From assembly GCF_963921235.1 (NCBI RefSeq), contig NC_086101.1:62001-126000 (forward strand): a stretch of DNA of 64,000 nt. The letters run 5' to 3'. The stretch's first letter is position 1, and the number at the start of each line of letters is the position of its first letter. Positions 12,818-23,129 of the stretch are shown piece after piece. The stretch comes from Mobula hypostoma. Lineage: Eukaryota. The notes below the pieces were generated by a model. The model made no database searches. It was not told the DNA's origin and was given only the letters and a program-made list of their open reading frames with translations. A program made the position numbers and the translations under genes.

Positions 12818-13720
12818 AAAGGGTCTGAAAGAGGAGGATGCTAAGAGGATGCAGGGTGACTTGGATAGGTTGGGTGAGTGGGCAAATTCATGGCAGATGC
12901 AATTTAATGTGGATAAATGTGAAGTTATCCACTTTGGTGGCAAAAATAGGAAAACAGATTATTATCTGAATGGTGGCCGATTAGGAAAGGGGGAGGTGCA
13001 ACGAGACCTGGGTGTCATTATACACCAGTCATTGAAAGTGGGCATGCAGGTACAGCAGGCGGTGAAAAAGGCGAATGGTATGCTGGCATTTATAGCGAGA
13101 GGATTCGAGTACAGGAGCAGGGAGGTACTACTGCAGTTGTACAAGGCCTTGGTGAGACCACACCTGGAGTATTGTGTGCAGTTTTGGTCCCCTAATCTGA
13201 GGAAAGACATCCTTGCCATAGAGGGAGTACAAAGAAGGTTCACCAGATTGATTCCTGGGATGGCAAGACTTTCATATGAAGAAAGACTGGATGAACTAGG
13301 CTTGTACTCGTTGGAATTTAGAAGATTGAGGGGGGATCTGATTGAAACGTATAAAATCCTAAAGGGATTGGACAGGCTAGATGCAAGAAGATTGTTCCCG
13401 ATGTTGGGGAAGTCCAGAACGAGGGGTCACAGTTTGAGGATAAGGGGGAAGCCTTTTAGGACTGAGATTAGGAAAAACTTCTTCACACAGAGAGTGGTGA
13501 ATCTGTGGAATTCTCTGCCACAGGAAACAGTTGAGGCCAGTTCATTGGCTATATTTAAGAGGGAGTTAGATATGGCCCTTGTGGCTACGGGGATCAGGGG
13601 GTATGCAGGGAAGGCTGGTGCAGGGTTCTGAGTTGGATGATCAGCCATGATCATAATAAATGGCGGTGCAGGCTCGAAGGGCCGAATGGCCTACTCCTGC
13701 ACCTATTTTCTATGTTTCTG
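12818..13720 (+). mobile_element. CR1 3' fragment, subfamily D, inserted into stem II of the second hammerhead
   Basis: ORF 12849-13631 CR1 ORF2 C-terminus; ttctg at both junctions. Confidence 0.95.
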
Positions 13721-13929
13721 GCTCGAAACGTCGACTCATCGTTTCCACGGATGCTGCCCGACCTGCTGAGTTCCTCCAGCGTGTTGTGAGTGTTGTATAA
13801 ATCGCTTCTCGCTCCCTCGAATTGCTCGAGGGATCATATGCTAAAGTCACATGGGGGTCAGGGGGTAATTGCTCATATGATAATAAGTCCTGTCGTGTAA
13901 TATCAAGGGACCACCACTGGGGTGGGTGG

Positions 13930-14295
13930 TGACCCCAGAAAACTTTCCGGGAATCAGAAATACCGATGGTAATTCCCTCATCTAAGCACTGGATGCGGAG
14001 GTGCAGGGCGCATAAAAGATCCCACCCGGCTAGATTGACCCCTATGTCTGCGGTCACAGCAAACTGTATCGCGCCCTGCCGTTCCCTGTAATTCACCTGC
14101 AGTGGAATGGTGAGGGGGTAGGATTTTTCCCGTCCTATCTGGCCACTGAGTGTTATCGAGTAAGCGGACAGAACAAAGCTATGCTGGGCAATACAGGAAG
14201 CCTCCAGGGTCGAAGCAATGGCGCCGGTGTCTATCATAAAAGGTAAGATCTGCCCTTCTACGGACAGGCTGATAATCGGCTGGCTGGTGTCGTGT
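13930..14295 (-). pseudogene. pro: ERV aspartic protease
   Basis: PIISLSVEGQILPFMIDTGA...VNLAGWDLL in ORF 13710-14393. Confidence 0.9.
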
Positions 14296-14299
14296 GCGC

Positions 14300-14838
14300 C
14301 AGACCTCCTCCTCCTCAGTCTCATTATCATCAAACAGCATGGGCAGTCCAGACAGGTCAGGAGGTACCTCCGTTTTACTTTTGCCGGCTTCATCCTTACC
14401 TTGTCGTCTATCCTTAACCTGCCGATCTATCGTCTCGTTATCCTGTTTTCCCTTACTCGTATCATAATCCTCATACAGACCTTTTAATGTCTCCCACGAT
14501 TTCAAATTTCTTTCACTGTCACATACACTAATCGCTCTGTGACGTGCATTGTGCTCCCAACTACTTTGCTTAGATCTGTTATTTAATTCTTCGGCCGTTT
14601 TTCTCCAGTTGGACATTAAAACCTTTCATTTTTGTCCGGTATTACGTTTCCAAATTGCGTCTTCTGCCTTCAGACATTTATCTAAGTCCCAGGTCCCACC
14701 CAAAGGCCAAATTTCACCACCCAATTTCTGATTTAGGCATGCCGATAACCTTCGGTAATCATTTTCACTTTCAGGATCATCTCCACATAGTTTAAATAAT
14801 GGCGTGTTATTTCCGGATTTATCTAATGTTTGCCCCAT
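14300..14838 (-). pseudogene. gag: ERV gag N-terminal (matrix) portion; capsid/nucleocapsid absent
   Basis: MGQTLDKS.. start, IWPLGGTWD motif, one in-frame stop at 14626-14628, then abrupt join to protease. Confidence 0.75.
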
Positions 14839-15114
14839 ACTTCCTAGTCGCGTGGGTCAGCCACCTCCTTTTCTCACATCCACTTCAGGGTCCTGAAAAG
14901 AAAGGAGACCTCACACTGAAAGGAGACCTTTTAGAAACATGTAAAATGACCCCTTTCGAACAGACTCACTCAACTCCACTGTCACCAGGATCGTTACAGA
15001 AAATCTTTCTTACCAAATGCAACAGGTGAACACACATTATAGTTCAATAGTGTCTGCATTATTGTTTCATACATTATTATCACACATTCGTACATTATTA
15101 TTGTATATATTATT

Positions 15115-16521
15115 ATAGAACATAAAACATAGAATAGTACAGCACAGTACAGGCCCTTCGGCCCACAATGTTGTGCCGACGCTCAAACCCTGCCTCCCAT
15201 ATAAGCCCCCACCTTAAATTCCTCCATATACCTGTCTAGTCGTCTCTTAAACTTCACTAGTGTATCTGCCTCCACCACTGACTCAGGCAGTGCATTCCAC
15301 GCACCAACCACTCTCTGAGTAAAAACACCTTCATCTAATATCCCCTTTGAAATTCCCACCCCTTAAAGCCATGTTCTCTTGTGTTGAGCAGTGGTGCCCC
15401 GGGGAAGAGGCCCTGGCTATCGACTCTATCTATTCCTCTTATTATCTTGTACACCTCTATCATGTCTCCTCTCATCCTCCTTCTCTCCAAAGAGTAAAGC
15501 ACTAGCTCCCTTAATCTCTGATCATAATGCATACTTTCTAAACCAGGCAGCATCCTGGTAAATCTCCTTTGTACCCTTTCCAATGCTTCCACATTCTTCC
15601 TATAGTGAGGCGACCAGAACTGGACACAGTACTCCAAGTGTGGCCTAACCAGAGTTTTATAGAACTGCATCATTACATCGCGACTCTTAAACTCTATCCC
15701 TCGATTTATGAAAGCTAACACCCCATAAGCTTTCTTAACTACCCTATCCACCTGTGAGGCAACTTTCAGGGATCGGTGGACATCTACCCCAAGATCCCTC
15801 TGCTCCTCCACACTACCAAGTATCCTGCCATTTACTTTGTACTCTGCCTTGGAGTTTGTCCTTCCAAAGTGTACCACCTCACAGTTCTCCGGTTGAACTC
15901 CATCTGCCACTTCTCAGCCCACTTCTGCATCCCATCAATGTCTCCCTGCAATCTTTGACAATCCTCTACAATATCTACAACACCACTAACCTTTGTGTCG
16001 TCTGCAAACTTGCCAACCCACCCTTCTACCCCAACATCCAGGTCGTTAATAAAAATCACGAAAAGTAGAGATCCCAGAACAGATCCTTGTGGGACACCAC
16101 TGGTCACAATCCTCTAATCTGAATGTATTTCCGCCAGAACGACCCTCTGCCTTCTGCAGGCAAGCCAATACTGGCCAAACTTCCCTGGATCCCATGCATT
16201 CTGACTTTTTGAATAAGCCTACCGTGTGGAACCTTGTCAAATGCCTTACTAAAATCCATATAGATCATATCCACTGCACTACCCTTATCTATATGCCTGG
16301 TCACCTCCTCAAAGAACTCTATCAGGCTTGTTAGACACGATCTGCCCTTCACAAAGCCATGCTGATTGTCCCTGATCAGACCATGATTCTGTAAATGCCC
16401 AGAGACGTAAGGCTCACTGGTCTATAATTACCCGGACTATCCCTACTACATTTTTTGAACAAGGGGAGAACATTCGCCTCCCTCCAATCCTCCGGTACCA
16501 TTCCCGTGGACGACGAGGACA
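15115..16521 (-). mobile_element. CR1 subfamily A, 5'-truncated
   Basis: [25 protein letters not shown]; tail at 15115-15135. Confidence 0.95.
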
Positions 16522-16649
16522 TTATTCTCTATTTTATTTTAAAGTCTGCACGTTGCTTAAAGTGTTTTTAAATGTTGCTGCTGAAACGAATAAATTTCCC
16601 ACTGGGGATCAATAGAATATTTATTAAATGATGATTATCATTATCATCA

Positions 16650-16903
16650 TCATCCTCCAGCCCTTTATCTCTCTCATCAACCAACTACCCAGCTCTTTAC
16701 TTCACTCCTCCTCCTCTTCCGCTTTTACCTCTCACCTCACCTGCCCCACAGTATTACCCCCTCCCTTCCTTTCCAGATCTGAAGAAGGATGTTGGTCTGA
16801 AACGGCGACTGTTCACTCCTCTCCATAGTTGTCCGCCCCCTGACTTTCCTCCAGCATTTTCCTGGGGTTGCTTTGGATTTACGCATCCGCAGATTTTATC
16901 TTG
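16650..16903 (+). mobile_element. Degraded PLE terminal-repeat remnant with degenerate hammerhead
   Basis: Pyrimidine-rich tract then ctgaagaagg...ctgaaacggcgact (16778-16810) and ...cctccagcattt...gcatccgcagatttt as in other PLE ends. Confidence 0.65.
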
Positions 16904-16904
16904 T

Positions 16905-17265
16905 TACACACATGCGCATGCGCAGAGGTTTGAGGCACCATTCCCCCAAATCGCGCATGCGCGCAGTAGAGGAGCGGATCGCAAGGTTCGGCTGCAGGTA
17001 GGAGGGGTCTCCAGTCGGGAATTAAACATCGGCGTCTGAAACGCGTTTGAAGGGCTATTACTTTGAGTTCCTACCGCGCTGGTCCTACACCCCAGGACAG
17101 CCCCGGTTCGTTCCCTTTCCCTCAGCCCCTCAATCTGTATCCGAGCCCCGCCGGGCTTTTGGCTGATGAGGGCTGGAGCCGCCGCCATTTCTGCGGCGCA
17201 TGCGCATCACGTGATTTTTGGTGGCTGACGGTCTGGTTTCTCGTTCGTGGGGCCTTCTGGGTAAA
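16905..17265 (+). promoter_or_regulatory. CpG-rich promoter/first exon(s) of ZNF copy A
   Basis: NRF1-type palindromes TGCGCATGCGCA 16913-16924, GCGCATGCGC 16953-16962 and 17196-17205; YY1-type GCCGCCATTT 17181-17190; E-box TCACGTGA 17207-17214; donor-like CAG|GTAGG at 16997/8; conserved in copy C. Confidence 0.75.
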
Positions 17266-17610
17266 GAGGCAGCCATGGGTGACACTGCCAGCGTTGTCCC
17301 CGTACAGTAGGAGGAAATGGGAGCCAATGTACCTCCTAAACACTGCCGAGTTCCAGCTATGTAAATCTGAGGATTAGTGACTCGGAACAAAAATGTATTT
17401 CCCAGTTAATCTCGGATGAAGAGTCTACCTTCTAGTCAGTAAAATGTTAATTAGTGCTGTATGGCAAAAAAAATCTTTACGTCAGATTTAGTTCTCTCTG
17501 GGTAAATAACGATATGAAACACCTTTGTCCTCGATGACAAGTGACTTGTGGGTTTCACATCACGAAAGTGCCGCACTCCGATCAGAATAACTACCACCCT
17601 ACTCTTCATG

Positions 17611-19075
17611 CAACACACACAAACAATGCTGGTGGAACGCAGCAGGCCAGGCAGCATCCATAGGAAGAGGTACAACGGACGTTTCGGGCCGAGACCCTTC
17701 GTCAGGACTAACTGAAGGAAGTGATAGTACGAGATTTGAAAGTGGGAGGAGGAGATCCGAAATGATAGGAGAAGACAGGAGGGGGAGGGATGGAGCTAAC
17801 AGCTGGAAAGTTGATTGGCAAAAGGGACACGAGGCTGGAGAATGGAGAGGATCATGGGATGGGAGGATGAGGGAGAAAGGAAGGGGGAGGGGGGAAAAAT
17901 AATAAATAAATAAATAAATAAGGGATGGGGTACAAAGGGGAAGTGGGGCATTAACAGAAGTTAGAGAAATCAATGTTTATGCCATCAGGTTGGAGGCTAC
18001 CCAGATGGAATATAAGGTGTTGTTCGCCCAACTTGAGTGTGGCTTCATCTTTACAGTAGAGGAGGCCGTGGATAGACATATCAGAATGGGAATGGGACAT
18101 GGAATTAAAATGTGTGGCTACTGGGAGATCCTGCTTTCTCTGGTGGACAGAGCGTAGGTATTCAGTGAAATGGTCTCCCAACCTGTGTTGGATCTTGCCA
18201 ATATATAGAAGGCCGCATCGGGAGCACCAGATGCAGTATATCACCCCAGCCGACTCACAGGTGAAGTGTAAGAGCATGTGTAGCACTTGTTCCGCTTACA
18301 AGTATAAGTGACGGGAGGGAGATCGGTGGGAAGGGATGGGGTGACGAGTGGACAAGGGAGTCGTGTAGGGAGGGATCCCTGCGGAAAGTGGGGGGTGGAG
18401 GGAAGGAAGGATGTGCTCAGTGGTGGAATCCCGTTGGAGGTGGCAGAAGTTACGGAGAATTATATGTTGGACCCGGAGGCTGGTAGGATGGTAGGTTAGG
18501 ACAAGGGAAATGTATTCCTAGTGGGGTGGTGGGAGGATTGGATGAGAGCAGATATGCATGAAATGGGAGAGATGCATTTGAGAACAGAGTTGATAGTGGA
18601 GGAAGGGAAGCTTCTTTCTTTAAAAAAGACATCTCCTTCGTCTTGGAATGAAAAGCCTCATCCTGACAGCAGATGCGGCAGAGACGGAGGAATTGTGAGA
18701 AGGGGATGGCATTTTTGCGAGAGACATGGTGGGAAGAGGAATAGTCCAGGTAGCTGTGAGTGTCCGTAGGCTTATAGTAGACATCAGTAGATAAGCTGTC
18801 TCCAGAGATAGAGACAGAAAGATCAAGAAGTGGGAGGGAGGTGTCGGAAATGGACCAGGTAAACTTGAGGGCAGGGTGAAAGTTGGAGGCAAAGTTACTG
18901 AAGTGAACGAGCTCAACATGCGTGCAGGAAGCAGCGCCAATGCAGTCATCGATGTAGCGAAGGAAAAGTGGGGGACAGATACCAGTATAGGCTTGGAACA
19001 TGAATTATTCCACAAAGCGAACAAAAAAGCAGGCATAGCTGGGACCCGTATGGGTGCCCATGACTACACCTTCAT
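17611..19075 (-). mobile_element. 5'-truncated Penelope-like element (RT C-half + GIY-YIG endonuclease + terminal repeat) in intron of copy A
   Basis: FLRYIDDCIG, VYYKPTD, VIYCIWCSRCGLLYIG, HFNS..H; hammerhead remnant 17675-17709; cttcatg at both flanks. Confidence 0.92.
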
Positions 19076-19374
19076 GGCCCTAACCTTCATGGTCATTGGC
19101 ATTGCCATCGATGGATTCATCAGTGTCAATCAGCTGGGGGGGTGGAGGGGGATGCCTGTAATTAGAAAATCTCCAGGATCATAGATGTAGTAACAAGTGC
19201 TGTTTGTAAAGTTGTGGAACATGACCAGAACTTGAAATGATACCAAAGGTCAGGACAAATTGAGCTAAGTCACAGGTTGACTGGAGGCAGAAATAGCCCA
19301 TTCTCATACAGACAGAGAATTTGATAGTCACTCAGGATGCCTGATCCGTGCCTTGTTAGAAGATGAGGAGTTCA

Positions 19375-20850
19375 TATAGAAACATAGAAATTTACAGCAC
19401 ATTACATGCCCTTCGGCCCAGAACGTTGTGCTGATCGTGCAACCTAATTGAGAAGCGGTCTAGAATTTTCCTACCACATAGCCCTCTGCTTTTCCTAGCT
19501 CCATATATCTATCTGAGAGTCTCTTAAAATACCCTATTGTATCCACCTCTCCCACCTTCGCAGTGTATTCAACACACCCACCACTCTCTGTGTGTAAAAC
19601 TTGCCTCTGACATCCCCCTTGTACCTACTTCCAAACACCTTAAAACTGTGCCCCCTCATGTGAGCCATTTCAGTCTTGGGAAAAAGCCTCTGGCCCTCAT
19701 CATCTTATTCACCTCTATCAGGTCACCTCTCATCTTCTGTTGCTCCAAAGTTCACTCAACCGATTCTCATAAGGCATGTTCTCCAATCCAAGCAACATCC
19801 TTGTAAATCTTTTCTGCACTCTTTCTATATTATCCTCATGCTTCCTGTAGTGAGGTGACCAGAATTGAATTAAACACCAAAAGTGGGGTTTAACTAAGGC
19901 CTTATATATTGGTAACATTACCTCATGGCTTTTGATCTCAGTCCCATGGCTGATGAAGGATTTCCTAAACAACAATGTTAACCTGAACAGCACCTTTGCG
20001 TGTACTATTGACATGGACTCCAAGATCTCGCTGATCCTCCACACTGCCACGAGTCCGAACATTAATATTGTTTTTTGTCTTCAAATTGGACCTAACAAAA
20101 TGAACCACTGGGTTGAACTCCACCTGCCACCTCTCAGCCCAGATTTGCATCCTATCAATGTGTCGCAGTAACTTCTGACAACCAACCTGACTATCCACAA
20201 CACCTCAACTTTTGTGTCATCAGCAAACTTACTACCCCACCCTTCTACTTTCTCGTGAAGGTCATTTGTAAAAATTAGAAAGAAGAGAGGTCCTAGAACA
20301 GATCCCTGTGAAACACTATTGATCACCGTCCTCCATGAAGAATGTGAACCATCTACAACCTCACTTTGCCTCCTGTGGACAAGCCAATTCTGGATCCACA
20401 AAGCAAGGTCTCCTTGGATCCTTGTCTTGTTACTTTCTGAATGGGCCTCACATGAGGAACATTGTCAAAAGTCTTACTGAAAGCCATGTATGCTACACCC
20501 AGTGCTCTACTTTCATCAGCGTGTTTTGTTACATCGTCAAAGAATTCAATCAGGGTTGTAAAGCATGACCTGCCCTTGACAAAGCCATGCTGACTACCCC
20601 TAATCAAATTATATCTCTGCAAATGTTCATAAATACTGCCTGCCAGGATCTTCTCCAACAACTTGCCCACCACTGAAGTAAGGTTCACTGGTCTATACTT
20701 TCCTAGGTTACCTCTACACCCTTTCTTGAACAAGAGAACAATGTCTTCCAGTCCTCTGGTTCTTCTCCTGTCCTGATTGATAATACAAAGGTCATTGCCA
20801 GAGGCTCAGCAATCTCCTCCCTCGCTCCCCACAGTAGCCTGGGATATATC
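19375..20850 (-). mobile_element. Older CR1 fragment shared with copy B (60320-61797)
   Basis: [25 protein letters not shown]; same position and junctions in both cassettes. Confidence 0.9.
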
Positions 20851-20929
20851 TCAACCTGAGCTGAACTGGGTAATATTGTAATGCCAGACATCACACTGAA
20901 AGGAGACCTTTTAGGACCCTGAAGACCTC

Positions 20930-21285
20930 AGGATAAGATAAGATAGAGGCAGGAAAGTTGTTTTCACTGGCAGGTGAGACTAGAACTAGAGGACATTGCC
21001 TCAAGATTCGGGGGATGTGGGACGGAAATGAGGAGGAACTGTTTCTCCCAGAGAGTGGTGAATCTGCAGGTTTCTCTGCCCAAAGAAGCAGTGGAGGCAG
21101 CCTCAGTAAATGTTTTTGAGAGAAGGTTGGATAGATTTCAGCACAGTAGGGGGGTTAAGGGATATGGGGAAAAGGCAGGTAGGTGGAGATGAGTCCATGG
21201 CCAGATCAGCCATGATCTTATTAAATGGTGGAACAGGCTCGACGGGCCAGATGGCCAACTCCTGCTCCTATTTCTTATGTTCTTG
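20930..21285 (+). mobile_element. CR1 3' fragment shared with copy B (~59955-60270)
   Basis: TEMRRNCFSQRVVNL..SLP motif; tail tttcttatgttctt. Confidence 0.85.
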
Positions 21286-21319
21286 AGTTCTCACCACAGA
21301 CTAAAATCTCACCTGGAAT

Positions 21320-21345
21320 ATTTTGTAAATATTTTTACAGGTTCA
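21320..21345 (+). other. Putative splice acceptor of terminal exon, copy A
   Basis: aaatatttttacAG|gtt at 21340/1, identical in copy B (rc of ~59881-59897). Confidence 0.6.
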
Positions 21346-22060
21346 AAATGGCGGAACACTTGTGTACCAGAAGCTCAAAAACAACATGTCAGTTTTGCTC
21401 TTTCTGTCTGGATATTTAAAGAGTGAACAAGTATTTTCCTTGTAACATCAACACATCTATTTCCGATCCTTGGAGATGAAGAATGATCTCATCCCAGCTG
21501 GAAATGTATTCTGTCTCTGAAATAAAGTTTTCTGTTGTAACTCAGTGAAATTCACTGGAACCGGGAGCTGAGAAACACCAGCATTAGTTCACTGGAGATC
21601 AGTTCTTCAACTGCATTGATTGTACAAGGGATTCAAACGTCTGACTTTCTGAATTGCCAGAGAATTGATCGTAGTGAGATATCATTCTCCTTCTCTCAGT
21701 GTGGGAAGAGATTCACTCACAGACTACCCGCAGACACGCCAGTGAGTTCACAGTGGGGAGAGGCCATTCACCCGCTCTGTGTGAGGGAGGGGAACCACTC
21801 AGTCATCAAGTCTGAAGACACCTCAGCAAGTTCACACCATAGTGAGATGCTCCACCTGTTCTGACTGTGGGAAGCAATTCATTCTGTCATCGATGCTGAA
21901 GATAATCCGAAAATTCACTAGCTCACTCACACACTCAACCACAGCACAGTGACAGCAGTGAGTTCACACCGGGGAGAAGCCATTCACCTGTTCTGGATGT
22001 GAAAAAGGGTTCACGCAATCATCTCAACTGAATGAACATCAGCAAGTTCACACTGAGAAG

Positions 22061-23128
22061 ATGCCATTTATCTGCTCAGACTGTGGGAAGGGATTCACTC
22101 ACTTTTCAACACTACAGAGACACCAGCGAGTTCACACTGGGGAGAGGCCATTCACCTGCTCAGACTGTGGGAAGGCATTCACTCGGTCATCTCACCTACT
22201 GACGCACCAGTTAGTTCACACCTGGGACAGGCCATTCACATGCTCTGAATTTGGAAAGGGATTCATTCGGTCACATCACCTACTGAGTCACCAGTTAGTT
22301 CACACTGGGGAGTGGCCATTCTGCTGCTCTGAATGTGGGAAGGGATTCACTCAGTCATCCACCCTTGTGAAGGACTACGGAATTCACACTGGGGAGAGGC
22401 CATTCACCTGCTCAGACTGTGGGAAGGGATTCACTCGGCCATCTCACCTACTGACACATCAGTTAGTTCACACTGGAGAGAAACCATTCACCTGCTCAGA
22501 TTGTGGGAAAGAATTCACACGGTCATATAACTTGAAAGTTCATCAGCGAATTCACACTGGGGAGAAGCCGTACACCTGCTCAGACTGTGGGAAGGAATTC
22601 ACACGGTCATCTGACTTAAAAATACATCAGCGAGTTCACACGGGCGAGAAACCATTCACCTGTTCAGATTGTGGGAAGGAATTTGCACGGTCATCTGACC
22701 TGAAAGTACATCAGCGACTTCACACCGGGGAGAGGCCATTTACCTGTTCCGAATGTGGGAAGAGATTCACTAGATCATCTCACCTACTGACACACCAGTT
22801 AGTTCACACTGGGAAGAAACCATTCACCTGCTCAGTCTGTGGGAAGCAATTCATTTGGTCATCTGACTTGAAAGTTCATCAGCGAGTTCACACTGGGGAG
22901 AAGCCATTCACCTGTTCTGAATGTGGGAAGAGATTTACTCGGTCTTCTCAACTGAAGGAACATCAGCGAATTCACACTGGGGAAAAACCTTTCAAATGCT
23001 CAGACTGTGGGAAGGAATTCAGTCGGTCATCTCAACTGAACGAACATCAGCGAGTTCACACTGGGGAGAGGCCTTTCACTCGGCATCCCTGTAAACCCTC
23101 CACCACCCACCCCAACACATTCAGGTGA
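22061..23128 (+). CDS. Poly-C2H2 zinc-finger protein, 355 aa, 12 repeats (10 intact; #3 C>F, #4 H>D); no effector domain visible
   Basis: CxxC-x12-HxxxH repeats with TGEKPF/TGERPF linkers; start MPF conserved with copy B; degenerate fingers upstream (21690-22060). Confidence 0.88.
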   Translation: MPFICSDCGKGFTHFSTLQRHQRVHTGERPFTCSDCGKAFTRSSHLLTHQLVHTWDRPFTCSEFGKGFIRSHHLLSHQLVHTGEWPFCCSECGKGFTQSSTLVKDYGIHTGERPFTCSDCGKGFTRPSHLLTHQLVHTGEKPFTCSDCGKEFTRSYNLKVHQRIHTGEKPYTCSDCGKEFTRSSDLKIHQRVHTGEKPFTCSDCGKEFARSSDLKVHQRLHTGERPFTCSECGKRFTRSSHLLTHQLVHTGKKPFTCSVCGKQFIWSSDLKVHQRVHTGEKPFTCSECGKRFTRSSQLKEHQRIHTGEKPFKCSDCGKEFSRSSQLNEHQRVHTGERPFTRHPCKPSTTHPNTFR

Positions 23129-23129
23129 T

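Larger units (their letters stand above)
12331..13795 (+). mobile_element. Non-autonomous Penelope-derived element: two ~125-bp direct repeats each with a hammerhead, 436-nt period; second repeat split by CR1
   Basis: 12331-12456 repeated at 12767-12817 + 13721-13795; TATA duplicated at 12335-12338 and 13796-13799. Confidence 0.85.
12110..13930 (-). pseudogene. Candidate 2H phosphoesterase domain of the ERV pol, split by the 12339-13799 insertion
   Basis: HVT at 13845-13853 and 12195-12203; removing the insertion gives in-frame PHVTLAYDP...REREAIY|KEGSHF...SPHVTLTVTEGHKPKEMG. Confidence 0.75.
9271..15110 (-). mobile_element. Decayed endogenous retrovirus, class I (gamma/epsilon-like): partial gag - protease - 2H-like domain - RT - RNase H - integrase; no LTR or env visible
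   Basis: MGQ.. start with WPLGGTW matrix motif; FMIDTGA; QYPL, WRLVQDLR, YTWTRLPQGF, YADD (11433-11444); VDGSS/SAQKAEL/YTDSRYAFG; HHCC and DDE integrase. Confidence 0.95.

Noticed and set aside
12195..13853. Functional link between hammerhead (makes 2',3'-cyclic phosphate) and the 2H domain it landed in
   Set aside because: Insertion is explained by tctttata microhomology and destroys the domain; single event, likely coincidence
17380..17610. snoRNA or coding exon in the conserved intron module
   Set aside because: No convincing box C/D or H/ACA pairs, and indels between copies break frames
14900..20915. A 6-kb inversion between the two matching 24-mers
   Set aside because: Copy A intron remains collinear with copy B across 20915
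22061..23128. 84-bp periodicity as CRISPR-like or satellite array
   Set aside because: It is the 28-codon C2H2 finger repeat
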